Origin: a virus
Taxonomy: Duplodnaviria; Caudoviricetes
Strand: one strand, 5' to 3'
Virus record (IMG/VR): IMGVR_UViG_2931714059_000002
Location: 16,218 to 80,217 of that record
DNA: 64,000 nt
The translations under genes and the position numbers were made by a program. Position 1 is the stretch's first letter. Every line of letters begins with the position of its first letter. Below, one piece after another: positions 46,447 through 55,288 of this stretch. Under the pieces are notes generated by a model that was not told the origin of the DNA, did not search any database, and saw nothing but the letters and a program-made list of their open reading frames with translations.

Positions 46447-47688
46447 GTGTACAGCGGCTACATGGATCTGGCCGGCGTCGAGATCATCAACTCGGGCCGG
46501 GCGCACGTCTACGCCACCGCGCGGGGCGTGCCGATCACCTGCGAGCCGTGCCCGGAGATCGCCGGCGCCGTCGGCGACCTGCCATACCGGGACCCGGTGA
46601 CCGACAACGCACCGTGGCACGACCCGCAGATCCCGCAGTCCGCCGGCCTCCTCGGCGTCATGGGCCTGGCCGTCACCGGGTTTGACCGGGGCACAACGGA
46701 GCGCTCGCCGGTGCAGCTGGTCGGGGACGGCGCAGCGCTGGGGGTGCTGCGGCGCACGCACCGCGAGATCGGCTACACGGTCCTGATGATCGCCATCAGC
46801 GACTGCGCGCTGTCCTACGGACTGGAGTGGCTGTCGTCCGCGCTGCTGGGCGGGGCGTGCGACGGCGCTTCTTGTGCGGGCGACCAGCTGTGCATGTTCT
46901 CCTGCTGCCCGACCGGCAGTGATACGGAGCTGCGGCACGTCTACGACGTGGGGCTACTGGACGGCCCGCAGGTCACACAGACTCAGCGGCTCTCCAACGG
47001 CGTGATCCTGGCGACGGTGACTTTCGCGCTCGCGGCTGGCAACCCGCACATCTTCCGCGAGCCGCTGGCGGCTTCCACGTCATGGGTGGACCTCGGCGGC
47101 GGCGTCGTCGCGAACCTCGATCCGGACGCCGTGTACGACCTGTGCCAGCCCCCGCCGCCGTGCCTGGACGACCCCACGTGCCCGCCGCCGCCCCTCCCTC
47201 CGTTGCCCCCGATGCCGATCTCCCCGTGCTACCCGACCGGCGTTGACCGCTTCCGAGGCAGCGTCATCAGCCTCGGCGTCCTCGATCAACCGCAGTGGCT
47301 GGAGACCGTCCCCGTGGTCGAGGTGCAGACCGGCGCGAGCGAGATGAGGCGCCTGGTGATCCGCGGCTGGGCCAACCCCCAGGGCATCCCCTGCGCTGAC
47401 GTGACGGACCCCTGCTCGGCGTGCTGGCACATCACCATCCCGTACCTGCCACCCGGATCCGTCTTGACAGTCGACGGCCGCACGCAGCGCGCGGTGGTCG
47501 AGTGCCCCTCGGAGATCGGCACGTCCACGGCCGCGCCGACCCTGTACGGGCCCGAGGGCTCGTCGTTCGAGTGGCCCTCGTTCAGCTGCCCCAGCGGGTT
47601 CTGCGTCGAGGTCCTGTCCCTGGACGCGCACACCGCGCCGGACGCGCGGGCCCGCGTGCAGCTCGTCCCCCGATCGGACATGGGGTGA
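46447..47688 (+). CDS. Minor tail (distal tail-like) protein
   Basis: Directly after TMP; GVEIIN.R..AP.W.DP; L.VDGR. Confidence 0.75.
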   Translation: MYSGYMDLAGVEIINSGRAHVYATARGVPITCEPCPEIAGAVGDLPYRDPVTDNAPWHDPQIPQSAGLLGVMGLAVTGFDRGTTERSPVQLVGDGAALGVLRRTHREIGYTVLMIAISDCALSYGLEWLSSALLGGACDGASCAGDQLCMFSCCPTGSDTELRHVYDVGLLDGPQVTQTQRLSNGVILATVTFALAAGNPHIFREPLAASTSWVDLGGGVVANLDPDAVYDLCQPPPPCLDDPTCPPPPLPPLPPMPISPCYPTGVDRFRGSVISLGVLDQPQWLETVPVVEVQTGASEMRRLVIRGWANPQGIPCADVTDPCSACWHITIPYLPPGSVLTVDGRTQRAVVECPSEIGTSTAAPTLYGPEGSSFEWPSFSCPSGFCVEVLSLDAHTAPDARARVQLVPRSDMG

Positions 47689-47695
47689 CCCGGCC

Positions 47696-48829
47696 GTGAG
47701 CGTCCTCGGATGCGCCCAGGAGTACCGCGCCGTCATCCACTGGCGCGGCGGCGGCCGGCCGTACACCTCCCCCGCCATCTCCTCGCTGACCTCCGTGTCC
47801 TGGAGCCGGTCACTGAACGACATCTCAGAGGCTTCGATCACCGTGGCCAAGTCCGGCGCCGGGCCGGAGTGCTGTGCGCAGCTCGGCGCGATCCACCCGT
47901 GGGTGCACGAGCTGACGATCTACCGCGACCGGGACCTGGTGTGGCAGGGCCCGGTGTCGGCCGTCGTGGAGTCTCGCGACTCCATCCGGATCGACGCCCT
48001 GGACGTGATCGCGTGGCTCGGCCGCACCGTCAACACGACGCTGCTGCGATACGTCACCGCCAACGCGGACGCAGGCGGGCGGCGCCGGGGGCCGGTGCAG
48101 TGGATCGCGGAGCACATCATCCGCACCAACCTCACCAGCGCGCTGTCGGTGCCGCCGGACTACCCGGGGATGCTCAACTACATCGTCCGCCAGGACGGCC
48201 CGACGACCCGATTCGAGATGGACGGCGAGAGCAACAGCGCGGTCTGGAGCGCCTATCTCCTGACGGTGATGGAGGAACTCGCCAAGCGCGGCCTGGAGTA
48301 CACCACTGTCGGGCGGACACTGCTGCTGCGCGGCCCCGCCGACGAGACGACCCCGGCGCAGGCCCGCCTCGGCCTGGCCGACATCGCCGGCGACGTAGAG
48401 GTGATCCGCGACGGGGCGAGCGCCGCCACACACGGCTGGGCCACCACCCAGCGCGCCAACCAGATCGATGACGGGCGGACGGCGGGCTGGGGCGCGACCG
48501 GCACCCCGTATGGGCGGCTCGACTGGCTGGTCACCTCGGAGGCTGACACCGAGGACGCCGAGCTGCTGGACATGGCCAAGGAAGCGCGGCGCGGCCGGTA
48601 TCCGGCGCCCACCGGCATCAGCATCCCCAGCGGCTCCCGGCTGGCCGCCACGGCCCCGGTGACGATGCAGCAGCTGGTCGCCGGGGAGCGGATCGACGTG
48701 TCCACCGCCAGCTACTGCATGGAGACCGTCCAGGCGTTCCGGGTTGGCGATGTCGAGGTGTCCTGGGGCAATTCCGGGGAGCAGGTCGCCGTGTCCCTCG
48801 TGCCCGCCACGTCCCTGGGAGGGGAGTAG
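47696..48829 (+). CDS. Minor tail protein (baseplate hub/Gp37-like)
   Basis: W.R.LNDIS.A..W.HEL.IYRD..VWQGPV. Confidence 0.78.
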   Translation: MSVLGCAQEYRAVIHWRGGGRPYTSPAISSLTSVSWSRSLNDISEASITVAKSGAGPECCAQLGAIHPWVHELTIYRDRDLVWQGPVSAVVESRDSIRIDALDVIAWLGRTVNTTLLRYVTANADAGGRRRGPVQWIAEHIIRTNLTSALSVPPDYPGMLNYIVRQDGPTTRFEMDGESNSAVWSAYLLTVMEELAKRGLEYTTVGRTLLLRGPADETTPAQARLGLADIAGDVEVIRDGASAATHGWATTQRANQIDDGRTAGWGATGTPYGRLDWLVTSEADTEDAELLDMAKEARRGRYPAPTGISIPSGSRLAATAPVTMQQLVAGERIDVSTASYCMETVQAFRVGDVEVSWGNSGEQVAVSLVPATSLGGE

Positions 48830-48832
48830 CCG

Positions 48833-49072
48833 ATGCCAGCAGTACCCGGGCAGCGCGCCGCACAACGCCCGCAGCGCGCGGCAGTCGCAGCGCAGCGGGC
48901 CCTCGGCAAGGCCGCGACCGGCAGCGGCGGCCTCGCCACCGTCCAGGTGATCCACCTGCACGGCCGACTGTGGCACGTCGAGCACGACCAGGAGGGCCGG
49001 CAGTGGTGGACGTGCCAGCAGAGCGGGGCCCGCTACGAGGGCGGGCCCCGTACCGACGAGAGGAGCGCCTGA
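48833..49072 (+). CDS. Small hypothetical tail-region protein
   Basis: GGGAG RBS; tight packing. Confidence 0.55.
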   Translation: MPAVPGQRAAQRPQRAAVAAQRALGKAATGSGGLATVQVIHLHGRLWHVEHDQEGRQWWTCQQSGARYEGGPRTDERSA

Positions 49073-49073
49073 G

Positions 49074-50945
49074 ATGGCGAGGTGTGGATGCGCCACGGCG
49101 TGCGGCTGCCGCGTGGAGGGGTCGGGCCCGATCGTGGTCAGCGGCAACGGCAGCCCGCTGAACCCCTACGTGGTGGAGATCCAGCACGGTGGGGAGGAGG
49201 GCTGTGACGCCATCACCGCGTGCGTGGGCGACAACCTGGGGCCGGGCCTGGGCTACGATGCGGGCACCGGCCGTATCCAGGCCCGGCTTGAGCCGGGCGG
49301 CGGGATGACGTTCGGGCCGTCCGGCGGCCTCGCGACCACCGGGGGCGGAGGCGGAGGCGGCGACAGCTGCAACCGCAGCATCGGGCAACTCCCCCCGGCG
49401 CCCGATGTGGTCGGCGCGGACCGGCTGGCCGGCCTGGTGCACCCGTTTAACTCTCCCTACGGCGTGGACTACTGCGTCACGCACCAGGTGGACATCGTGG
49501 GCGCGCTGCTGTGCGCCACCGCCGACGGAACTGCGTGGGTCGCGGACACCGAGGCCGGTGATGTCTCCGACGCCCGCACGAGCCTGTACGTGTCGCAGCA
49601 CGCGAGCATTCTGGCGTCGGACACGATCGCCTCGGCCACGTCCTACGCTGGCGACCCCGACGACCCGTACCCAGCTGAGGGCATGTCGCGGGGCGACCGG
49701 CGGGGCGGCTGGTACGGGTGGCTCGCCCCGAACTACCAGCACATGATGGTGACGGACCTGCTGGAGCGCATCGGGGGCCGGGCGGTCGCGATGCTTCACT
49801 GCCACGCGGTCACCGCCGCGAACGTGCCGGACGAGACCGCTGCGGCGACGGTGCAGGCCGCGATCCGGGCCGTGTTGCAGCACTGCGCGCAGGACTGGGC
49901 GATCATCGCCACCCGCCGCTTGGTCGACGTGAGCACCGTCCAGAACTCCGGCCTGGTCGCGGCGCTCGCCTCGCCGCAGCCGGCGCAGTGGGGCGAGACG
50001 ACGCTGCCGTGGCCCGTCGCGGACGTGACGGCCGCAGGCGTGCAGTGGATGCTCCTGGACAGGTACTACACCGACTCCGTGTTCGAGGCGTACCGGGACG
50101 CTGGCGTGCAGGTCCTGATGTGGGGCGCGACGCGGCACGTGCACCGGCAGCGCGTCGCTGACCTCGGTATCCGCGGCGGGTATGGCGGGGACCCGGTGTA
50201 CTACCGGGGCCCGGACGTGCACGACTACCGCATGACGTGGGACCCGTGGACGCACCGCCGTTTCGGCGTCGGGCAGCTGACGCACGCGACGGACCGGCGG
50301 TCCGTGATCGGCCCGCAGGTCCGCGGCTACACCCAGGGCGTGCCGCCCACCTCTCCGCAGCCAGAGAATGTGCAGGGGCTCGTGCTGCCCCCGAACTTCG
50401 GCCGGCAGTACGGCTCCCCGGCGGCGCTCGCGGGCTGGTACTGCCCGGTCTGGGATCCGCAGGAGTACCGCATCGAGGTCGAATCCAAGTTCCTCGAAAT
50501 CAACCGGGTGCGCCGCAACAAGCTGTCGATCCTGTTCGGGGCGGAGACGGACGAGGAGCCGTATCAGTGGCCGGCGGACGACGCGGCGGTGAATCCGGAG
50601 GGTTTCCCTGCTCAGTCGCTGAATTGCTATCGGGCGTGGCAGCGCGCTACCGGAGATATTGGGATCGGTATCTGGGTTGATGGCGAATTCTCCACGCTGG
50701 CGGAGATCGCGACGCCGGAGCCAGCCGTGGGCGCCTGGTCGTCCTACGAGCTGGTGGTGACGCCGACGAGCATCCGGTGGACTCGAACGGCGGCGAATGG
50801 CCAGTCGTACAGCGTCACCGCAGGTGACGCGACGCACCGGGGCGGCTATTTCTGGATCGAGAAAGAGGAGTCTCTGCCGGGAAGTTCCGCCGTTCCGTTC
50901 CGAGGGAAATTCCGCAATCTGCACTACCGACCGGGGCTGACCTGA
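49074..50945 (+). CDS. Tail fibre/receptor-binding protein with degenerate GDPD-like barrel and beta-sandwich C-terminus
   Basis: MARCGC..VSGNGS..NPYVV fibre N-terminus; TADG..AG.QV.MW..LGI.G...DP.Y GDPD-like pattern. Confidence 0.65.
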   Translation: MARCGCATACGCRVEGSGPIVVSGNGSPLNPYVVEIQHGGEEGCDAITACVGDNLGPGLGYDAGTGRIQARLEPGGGMTFGPSGGLATTGGGGGGGDSCNRSIGQLPPAPDVVGADRLAGLVHPFNSPYGVDYCVTHQVDIVGALLCATADGTAWVADTEAGDVSDARTSLYVSQHASILASDTIASATSYAGDPDDPYPAEGMSRGDRRGGWYGWLAPNYQHMMVTDLLERIGGRAVAMLHCHAVTAANVPDETAAATVQAAIRAVLQHCAQDWAIIATRRLVDVSTVQNSGLVAALASPQPAQWGETTLPWPVADVTAAGVQWMLLDRYYTDSVFEAYRDAGVQVLMWGATRHVHRQRVADLGIRGGYGGDPVYYRGPDVHDYRMTWDPWTHRRFGVGQLTHATDRRSVIGPQVRGYTQGVPPTSPQPENVQGLVLPPNFGRQYGSPAALAGWYCPVWDPQEYRIEVESKFLEINRVRRNKLSILFGAETDEEPYQWPADDAAVNPEGFPAQSLNCYRAWQRATGDIGIGIWVDGEFSTLAEIATPEPAVGAWSSYELVVTPTSIRWTRTAANGQSYSVTAGDATHRGGYFWIEKEESLPGSSAVPFRGKFRNLHYRPGLT

Positions 50946-50946
50946 T

Positions 50947-52023
50947 ATGGCAAATCCGCTATCTGCCGCACGAGTTCTGGCCGCGCTGAAAGCCGAAGGT
51001 GTGCGCGTTGTCGAGTACAAGGGCTGGCGCACTCACAACCGCAACTCCGCCGGCGCATGGGGGCCGGTGCACGGCGTGATGATCCATCACACGGTGACGT
51101 CCGGCACGGACGCCTCCGTCGAGCTGTGCTACTCCGGCCGCTCCGACCTGCCGGGGCCGCTGTGCCACGGCGTGATCGACAAGGTCGGCGTCGTGCATCT
51201 CGTGGGGCACGGTCGCGTCAACCACGCGGGCAAGGGCGACAGCGCCGTCCTCCAGGCCGTGCAGGCCGAGCGGCCCCTGCCGCCCGACAGTCGGGCGGAC
51301 GTCGACGGCAACCCGCACTTCTACGGCTTCGAGTGCATCAACCTCGGCGACGGCCGCGACCCGTGGCCCGCCGAGCAGGTTGAGGCCGCGGTACGGGCGT
51401 CGGCCGCGCTGTGCCGCGCGCACGGCTGGGGCCGCTCCGGAGACACCTCCGTGATCGGCCATCTCGAATGGCAGCCCGGGAAGATCGACCCGCTCGGGCC
51501 CGGGGTGTCGATGGGCGACATCCGGGCCCGGGTCGCGGCCCGCCTCAGACACACCCCCGACTGGACGCCCCCCGAGGAGGACGACATGCCGCAGCGCATC
51601 GTGTTGGAGACCAACGGCTACACCCGCAGCATCGAGCCCAACACGTGGACGACGCTCAACTTCACGCGCATCTGGGAAGGCGCCTGGCGCGACAAGGACC
51701 CGGAGCCGTCCGTGCTGCTCGGGCCGTGCGCGTACTCCATCTCCGTCGGCCTGACCGTCGCCGGTCTGGCGCACGGCCAGGAGTTCAAGGTGCGGGTGGC
51801 GCGGTACCGGGAGGAGGACGGGAGGTACGTGCGGGTGTCGGCGATGCCCACCAGCTCGCCCGTGAACGACGCCGGGAAGGGTCACTTCGTCTACGGCTGG
51901 AACGGGCACGTGCCGGCTGCGAAGAAGGGCCGGCTGCGGGTCGAGGTCCAGCATCACGGCGAGGAGCCGGTCGTCGTGGAGTCGGCCCGCGCGGAGGCCC
52001 TGTACTGGCCGGGGGCGTCGTGA
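50947..52023 (+). CDS. Endolysin, N-acetylmuramoyl-L-alanine amidase (Amidase_2)
   Basis: VMIHHT, NHAG, GFECIN, IGHLEW..KIDP zinc-amidase motifs. Confidence 0.92.
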   Translation: MANPLSAARVLAALKAEGVRVVEYKGWRTHNRNSAGAWGPVHGVMIHHTVTSGTDASVELCYSGRSDLPGPLCHGVIDKVGVVHLVGHGRVNHAGKGDSAVLQAVQAERPLPPDSRADVDGNPHFYGFECINLGDGRDPWPAEQVEAAVRASAALCRAHGWGRSGDTSVIGHLEWQPGKIDPLGPGVSMGDIRARVAARLRHTPDWTPPEEDDMPQRIVLETNGYTRSIEPNTWTTLNFTRIWEGAWRDKDPEPSVLLGPCAYSISVGLTVAGLAHGQEFKVRVARYREEDGRYVRVSAMPTSSPVNDAGKGHFVYGWNGHVPAAKKGRLRVEVQHHGEEPVVVESARAEALYWPGAS

Positions 52024-52319
52024 CGTTCTTCGTGTCGTTCATGCGCTTCTTCGTGCCGGTGATCGCTGGCGCGGTCATCAGCGGCGCCGCCCGCATCGGC
52101 CTGGACCTGGACGACGCCGAGGTGACGGCCGCCGTCCAGGTCGCCGTGTCCGCCGCATACTTCGCCGCCTTCGTGCAGTTGGAGCGGTACGCGTCCCGGA
52201 TCGGGTACGCGCGTCTGCGCCGCGCGGCCGGCGTGCTCCTGGGCTGGGTCCGGCCGCCTGACGGCGCCGAGCCTCCCCCCACCGGCAGCGAGAAGCGAGC
52301 GGAGGAGAGACCGCGGTGA
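52020..52319 (+). CDS. Holin-like membrane protein
   Basis: Two TMs, overlaps the endolysin stop; LLGW..PP. Confidence 0.7.
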   Translation: MTFFVSFMRFFVPVIAGAVISGAARIGLDLDDAEVTAAVQVAVSAAYFAAFVQLERYASRIGYARLRRAAGVLLGWVRPPDGAEPPPTGSEKRAEERPR

Positions 52320-52549
52320 GCCCGCCCGACGACGGCCAGGAGACGGGGAGCGTGTACATCAGCGCCGCACAGATCTACGGCGAGGTACGCAGGCAGTCCG
52401 ATCTGCTGCTGCGGCTGTCCGTACAACTGGAGAACGGGCGGTACGAGGAGCGGATCCGAGCCCTGGAGCGCCGGGTATGGACGGCGTGCGGGGCCGCCGC
52501 GGTCATCGGCAGTGCAGGCAGCTGGGCGGTGCAGTTGCTCACCGGGTAG
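52316..52549 (+). CDS. Lysis-cassette membrane protein
   Basis: YEERIRALERRVW plus C-terminal TM. Confidence 0.7.
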   Translation: MSPPDDGQETGSVYISAAQIYGEVRRQSDLLLRLSVQLENGRYEERIRALERRVWTACGAAAVIGSAGSWAVQLLTG

Positions 52550-52573
52550 CTGGCGGCCGGACTACGCTGAGGC

Positions 52574-52837
52574 ATGACCTCTGAAGCGCTCACACGCCGA
52601 GTCCACGCCGCCGCCAACGCGTGCGGCCCCGGGGCGACTCGCAAGGAGGTCGCCGACGCGGTATGCCGGGTGGTGGCGGACTGGCTGGAGGAGGAGAGAG
52701 TTATGCATGGGGCGCGGCTCACCTCCAGCCGTCACGGCGTCCGCGCTCCGGGCCCTGCCGACCAGGCGCACCTCGCTCTGATCGCGCAGCTGACGGACTA
52801 TCTCGCTCGCGTGGGTGATTCGTCGCGTCCCTCATGA
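52574..52837 (+). CDS. Hypothetical protein
   Basis: ORF after the lysis cassette. Confidence 0.5.
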   Translation: MTSEALTRRVHAAANACGPGATRKEVADAVCRVVADWLEEERVMHGARLTSSRHGVRAPGPADQAHLALIAQLTDYLARVGDSSRPS

Positions 52838-52982
52838 CGCTCGGCCCGATGGCCTTGCCCCGGGCGGTGCCACTGCTCCTCGGGTAGCGCGCTGTGCCTC
52901 GATCCGTGAATGCGGAATCGACGCGGGCGAGACCTTGCCCCTGACATCGTAGGTACCCCCTACGTGACCTGGGAGGGCCGAC

Positions 52983-53252
52983 ATGAGCACCCCGGACGAA
53001 GTCGACCTGCGTGTCAGGATGCTGCGGATCTTGGCAGCATTTCACCGAAAGCGTGCCGCAGATCTGGACATGGCAGCAAGTGCCGTGTTCGCCACTCATG
53101 CGATGGACCGGCTCGTTGACGTGACCACAGAGGCAGAGGGGCAGGAAGTAGCCGCTCATCCAGATCTGGCTGAGCTGAATGTGCAGCTCAATGCGCTGTA
53201 CGAACGGCCACCGGCTGGGGGGTCCTCTGCGGGTGACACCAGCCAGTCGTAG
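52983..53252 (+). CDS. Hypothetical protein
   Basis: GGAGG RBS. Confidence 0.55.
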   Translation: MSTPDEVDLRVRMLRILAAFHRKRAADLDMAASAVFATHAMDRLVDVTTEAEGQEVAAHPDLAELNVQLNALYERPPAGGSSAGDTSQS

Positions 53253-53297
53253 CTGGAGCCACCCGCTCATCGCGGGCTGGGACCGGAGGCGAAGCCG

Positions 53298-53759
53298 CTA
53301 CAGCTCGCGGAGGTGCGCCAGGGCCGCCTCCGCGTTGTCGATGGCCATTCCGACTGCGGTCCAGACCGACTCGGAGAAGCTCACATCGTCAGTTCGATCC
53401 GGAGCCACGACCATCGCGGGCGGCGTCCGGACGGTGCGGAGCATCTGGCCGTTCATGACCCACTCGGATCCGCCTCGCGGCAGCGGGTCCGGTCCGGGAA
53501 TCCGGTACTCCGCCCACGCGGTCAGCTGCCGGTGGAGCGCCGGACTGTCGGGCCGGCCCCGGTCGAGGTGATCTGGGTCGCCGATACGCACGTGGACCTC
53601 GGGGCCGCCTCTGCCCGCGCGGAATCGCAGGGTGGGGTCGCCGATCTGGACCGCGATCTCGCCGGGCACACCGCCGAGGGCCATGGGGTGTACCTGGCGC
53701 AGCTTGGGCCATTGCGCGCGGACGGCTGCACCCGGGGCGGCATTGGTCTCGCGACTCAT
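53298..53759 (-). CDS. Hypothetical protein
   Basis: AAGGAG/GAGAAG upstream; last gene of the minus-strand block. Confidence 0.65.
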   Translation of the reverse strand: MSRETNAAPGAAVRAQWPKLRQVHPMALGGVPGEIAVQIGDPTLRFRAGRGGPEVHVRIGDPDHLDRGRPDSPALHRQLTAWAEYRIPGPDPLPRGGSEWVMNGQMLRTVRTPPAMVVAPDRTDDVSFSESVWTAVGMAIDNAEAALAHLREL

Positions 53760-53858
53760 GGTCTTCTCATCTCCTTCATCTCCGTGGTGCGCCTTTCTCG
53801 GCGTGGCCCCGCCACGTGCGTAATGGGGGCGGGTTGAGTTGCTACTTCTATCGACTGG

Positions 53859-54119
53859 TCAGTACCCGGTCCGCAACCTCTCGGCGTCCGCACGGACACG
53901 CTCCGTGCGGTCCACCCACTCACCGGGCGGGACTTTGCCGCGCGCGTCGTACTCCGCCATCGCCCGGCCGCGCTCCACGGCGGCCACGGTGTCCGTAGCG
54001 ATGCGCCGCCAGCGCTCCACGACGGCCGGCACCTCGGCGAGCGGCGCCCCATCCAGTGCGGCGGCGAAGCGCGGGGCCGCCGGGCCCAGAGCGGCACGGA
54101 TCTGAGCGATGGTCTCCAT
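53859..54119 (-). CDS. Small DUF6247-like helical protein
   Basis: GAGGAG RBS; IRAAL..RF..V..RWR. Confidence 0.65.
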   Translation of the reverse strand: METIAQIRAALGPAAPRFAAALDGAPLAEVPAVVERWRRIATDTVAAVERGRAMAEYDARGKVPPGEWVDRTERVRADAERLRTGY

Positions 54120-54130
54120 GTACTTCTCCT

Positions 54131-55069
54131 CTATCCGATGGGGGCCAGCAGCCTGCGCGGCCGGTGCGGGACGTGCTCCAGCAACCCGGCGGTCTCCAAC
54201 TCGCCGAGGGCCTGGCGCACGACGGTGCGAGGCTGCTGGAGCGCGCCGGCGAGCGCGGTCTCGGTCGGCAGATAGTCACCGGGCCGCAGACCTGCCCGCG
54301 CGATGTGCGCGCGGACTTCCTCAAGCACCTTCTCCTGCTCTCCGCTCGCTGCCCGGTCACGCACCCGCCAGCCCCGACCGGACTTGACGATCAGGAACTG
54401 CTCGGCGAGGAGTTCCAGCGCCCCCAGGATCGTGCTGCGGGAAGCGGCGTGACGGGTCATCAGCACGCTGACCGCTGGGAGGCGCACCGTGCCCTCGCCG
54501 CTCTGCACGGCGGCCCAGATATCCGCGGCGACCTGGCGGCGAGTGCGGCGGTCGCGGCCCGCCGCCCGGTCTGCCGTCCGGCGTCCCCCGTGGGCGGCCC
54601 GGCAGTCCGGGCACCGGCACTTCGCGTGGCGGTAGGTGTCCTCGCTGCCGTGCGGCAGGTCGGGATCACGGCCGGCCGTGAGCGCGTCGTCCAGCCGCTG
54701 GGACCACCCGGGGAGGTACAGATCGAGGCTGTGGAGCCGGGCGGTGGTGACGCCGTACTGCTGACACACCTCCGACAGCGGGACCCCGGCGGCGAGGTCG
54801 CCCAGCAGGCTCTCCCGGACATGCGCGGGCAGCCGCTCCAGGGCGGCGGTACGGCGGCGCGCGGACTCAGCAGTCCGGCGCAGGGACTCGCAGTGCCCGC
54901 ACCGGGACTTTTCGGCCGTCGTCATGCGGTAGCACTGCTGGCAACGGCGTTGCTCGCCGGGCCGGATACCAGCGGCAGCCAGGCGGGCGCACACGGAGCA
55001 GGGGCCGCTCCCGCCCCGCCAGGATTGGCATCGGCGACAGCGCCACGCAGGCGGGCGGGCAGCAGACAC
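54131..55069 (-). CDS. Zinc-ribbon + HTH + tandem GntR-type wHTH protein
   Basis: GAGGAG RBS before GTG 55069; four CxxC; PHG..Y..CRCPDC; two wHTH (LPAVS..SRSTI; LPTE..VVRQAL.ELE..G). Confidence 0.75.
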   Translation of the reverse strand: MSAARPPAWRCRRCQSWRGGSGPCSVCARLAAAGIRPGEQRRCQQCYRMTTAEKSRCGHCESLRRTAESARRRTAALERLPAHVRESLLGDLAAGVPLSEVCQQYGVTTARLHSLDLYLPGWSQRLDDALTAGRDPDLPHGSEDTYRHAKCRCPDCRAAHGGRRTADRAAGRDRRTRRQVAADIWAAVQSGEGTVRLPAVSVLMTRHAASRSTILGALELLAEQFLIVKSGRGWRVRDRAASGEQEKVLEEVRAHIARAGLRPGDYLPTETALAGALQQPRTVVRQALGELETAGLLEHVPHRPRRLLAPIG

Positions 55070-55097
55070 ACGTCTCCTCACAGTCACGGCGATGAAG

Positions 55098-55237
55098 GGG
55101 ACACCCCCGCGCGGGCGGGGAGCAGCGGCCGTGCCGCGCGACAAAAACGGGCCAACCCCGCACACGCGGGGAGCAGCGAGGTAGCGCCATCAGCGCTGCG
55201 CTCGGAACTGGATCAACCCCGCCTGTGCGGGGACCAG
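55098..55237 (-). CRISPR. Cas-less mini CRISPR array: three type I-E-like 28-nt repeats (55210-55237, 55149-55176, 55098-55125), spacers 33 and 23 nt
   Basis: Minus strand: CTGGTCCCCGCACAGGCGGGGTTGATCC / CTGCTCCCCGCGTGTGCGGGGTTGGCCC / CTGCTCCCCGCCCGCGCGGGGGTGTCCC; CCCCGC-N4-GCGGGG stem; 61-nt period. Confidence 0.85.
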
Positions 55238-55288
55238 ATAGTGTCCGACCGTAGCGCACCGGACCCAGTGCTGTCATGAGGACTGGTG

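Noticed and set aside
38080-51032. Long minus-strand ORFs (e.g. 38080-40446, 48618-51032) and similar overlapping ORFs elsewhere
   Set aside because: Shadow frames of high-GC genes: Arg/Pro/Gly-rich, no motifs, antisense to clear structural genes.
55070-55165. ORF-track extension of the GntR-like gene through the repeats
   Set aside because: A good RBS and GTG lie at 55069; the extension just translates repeat sequence.
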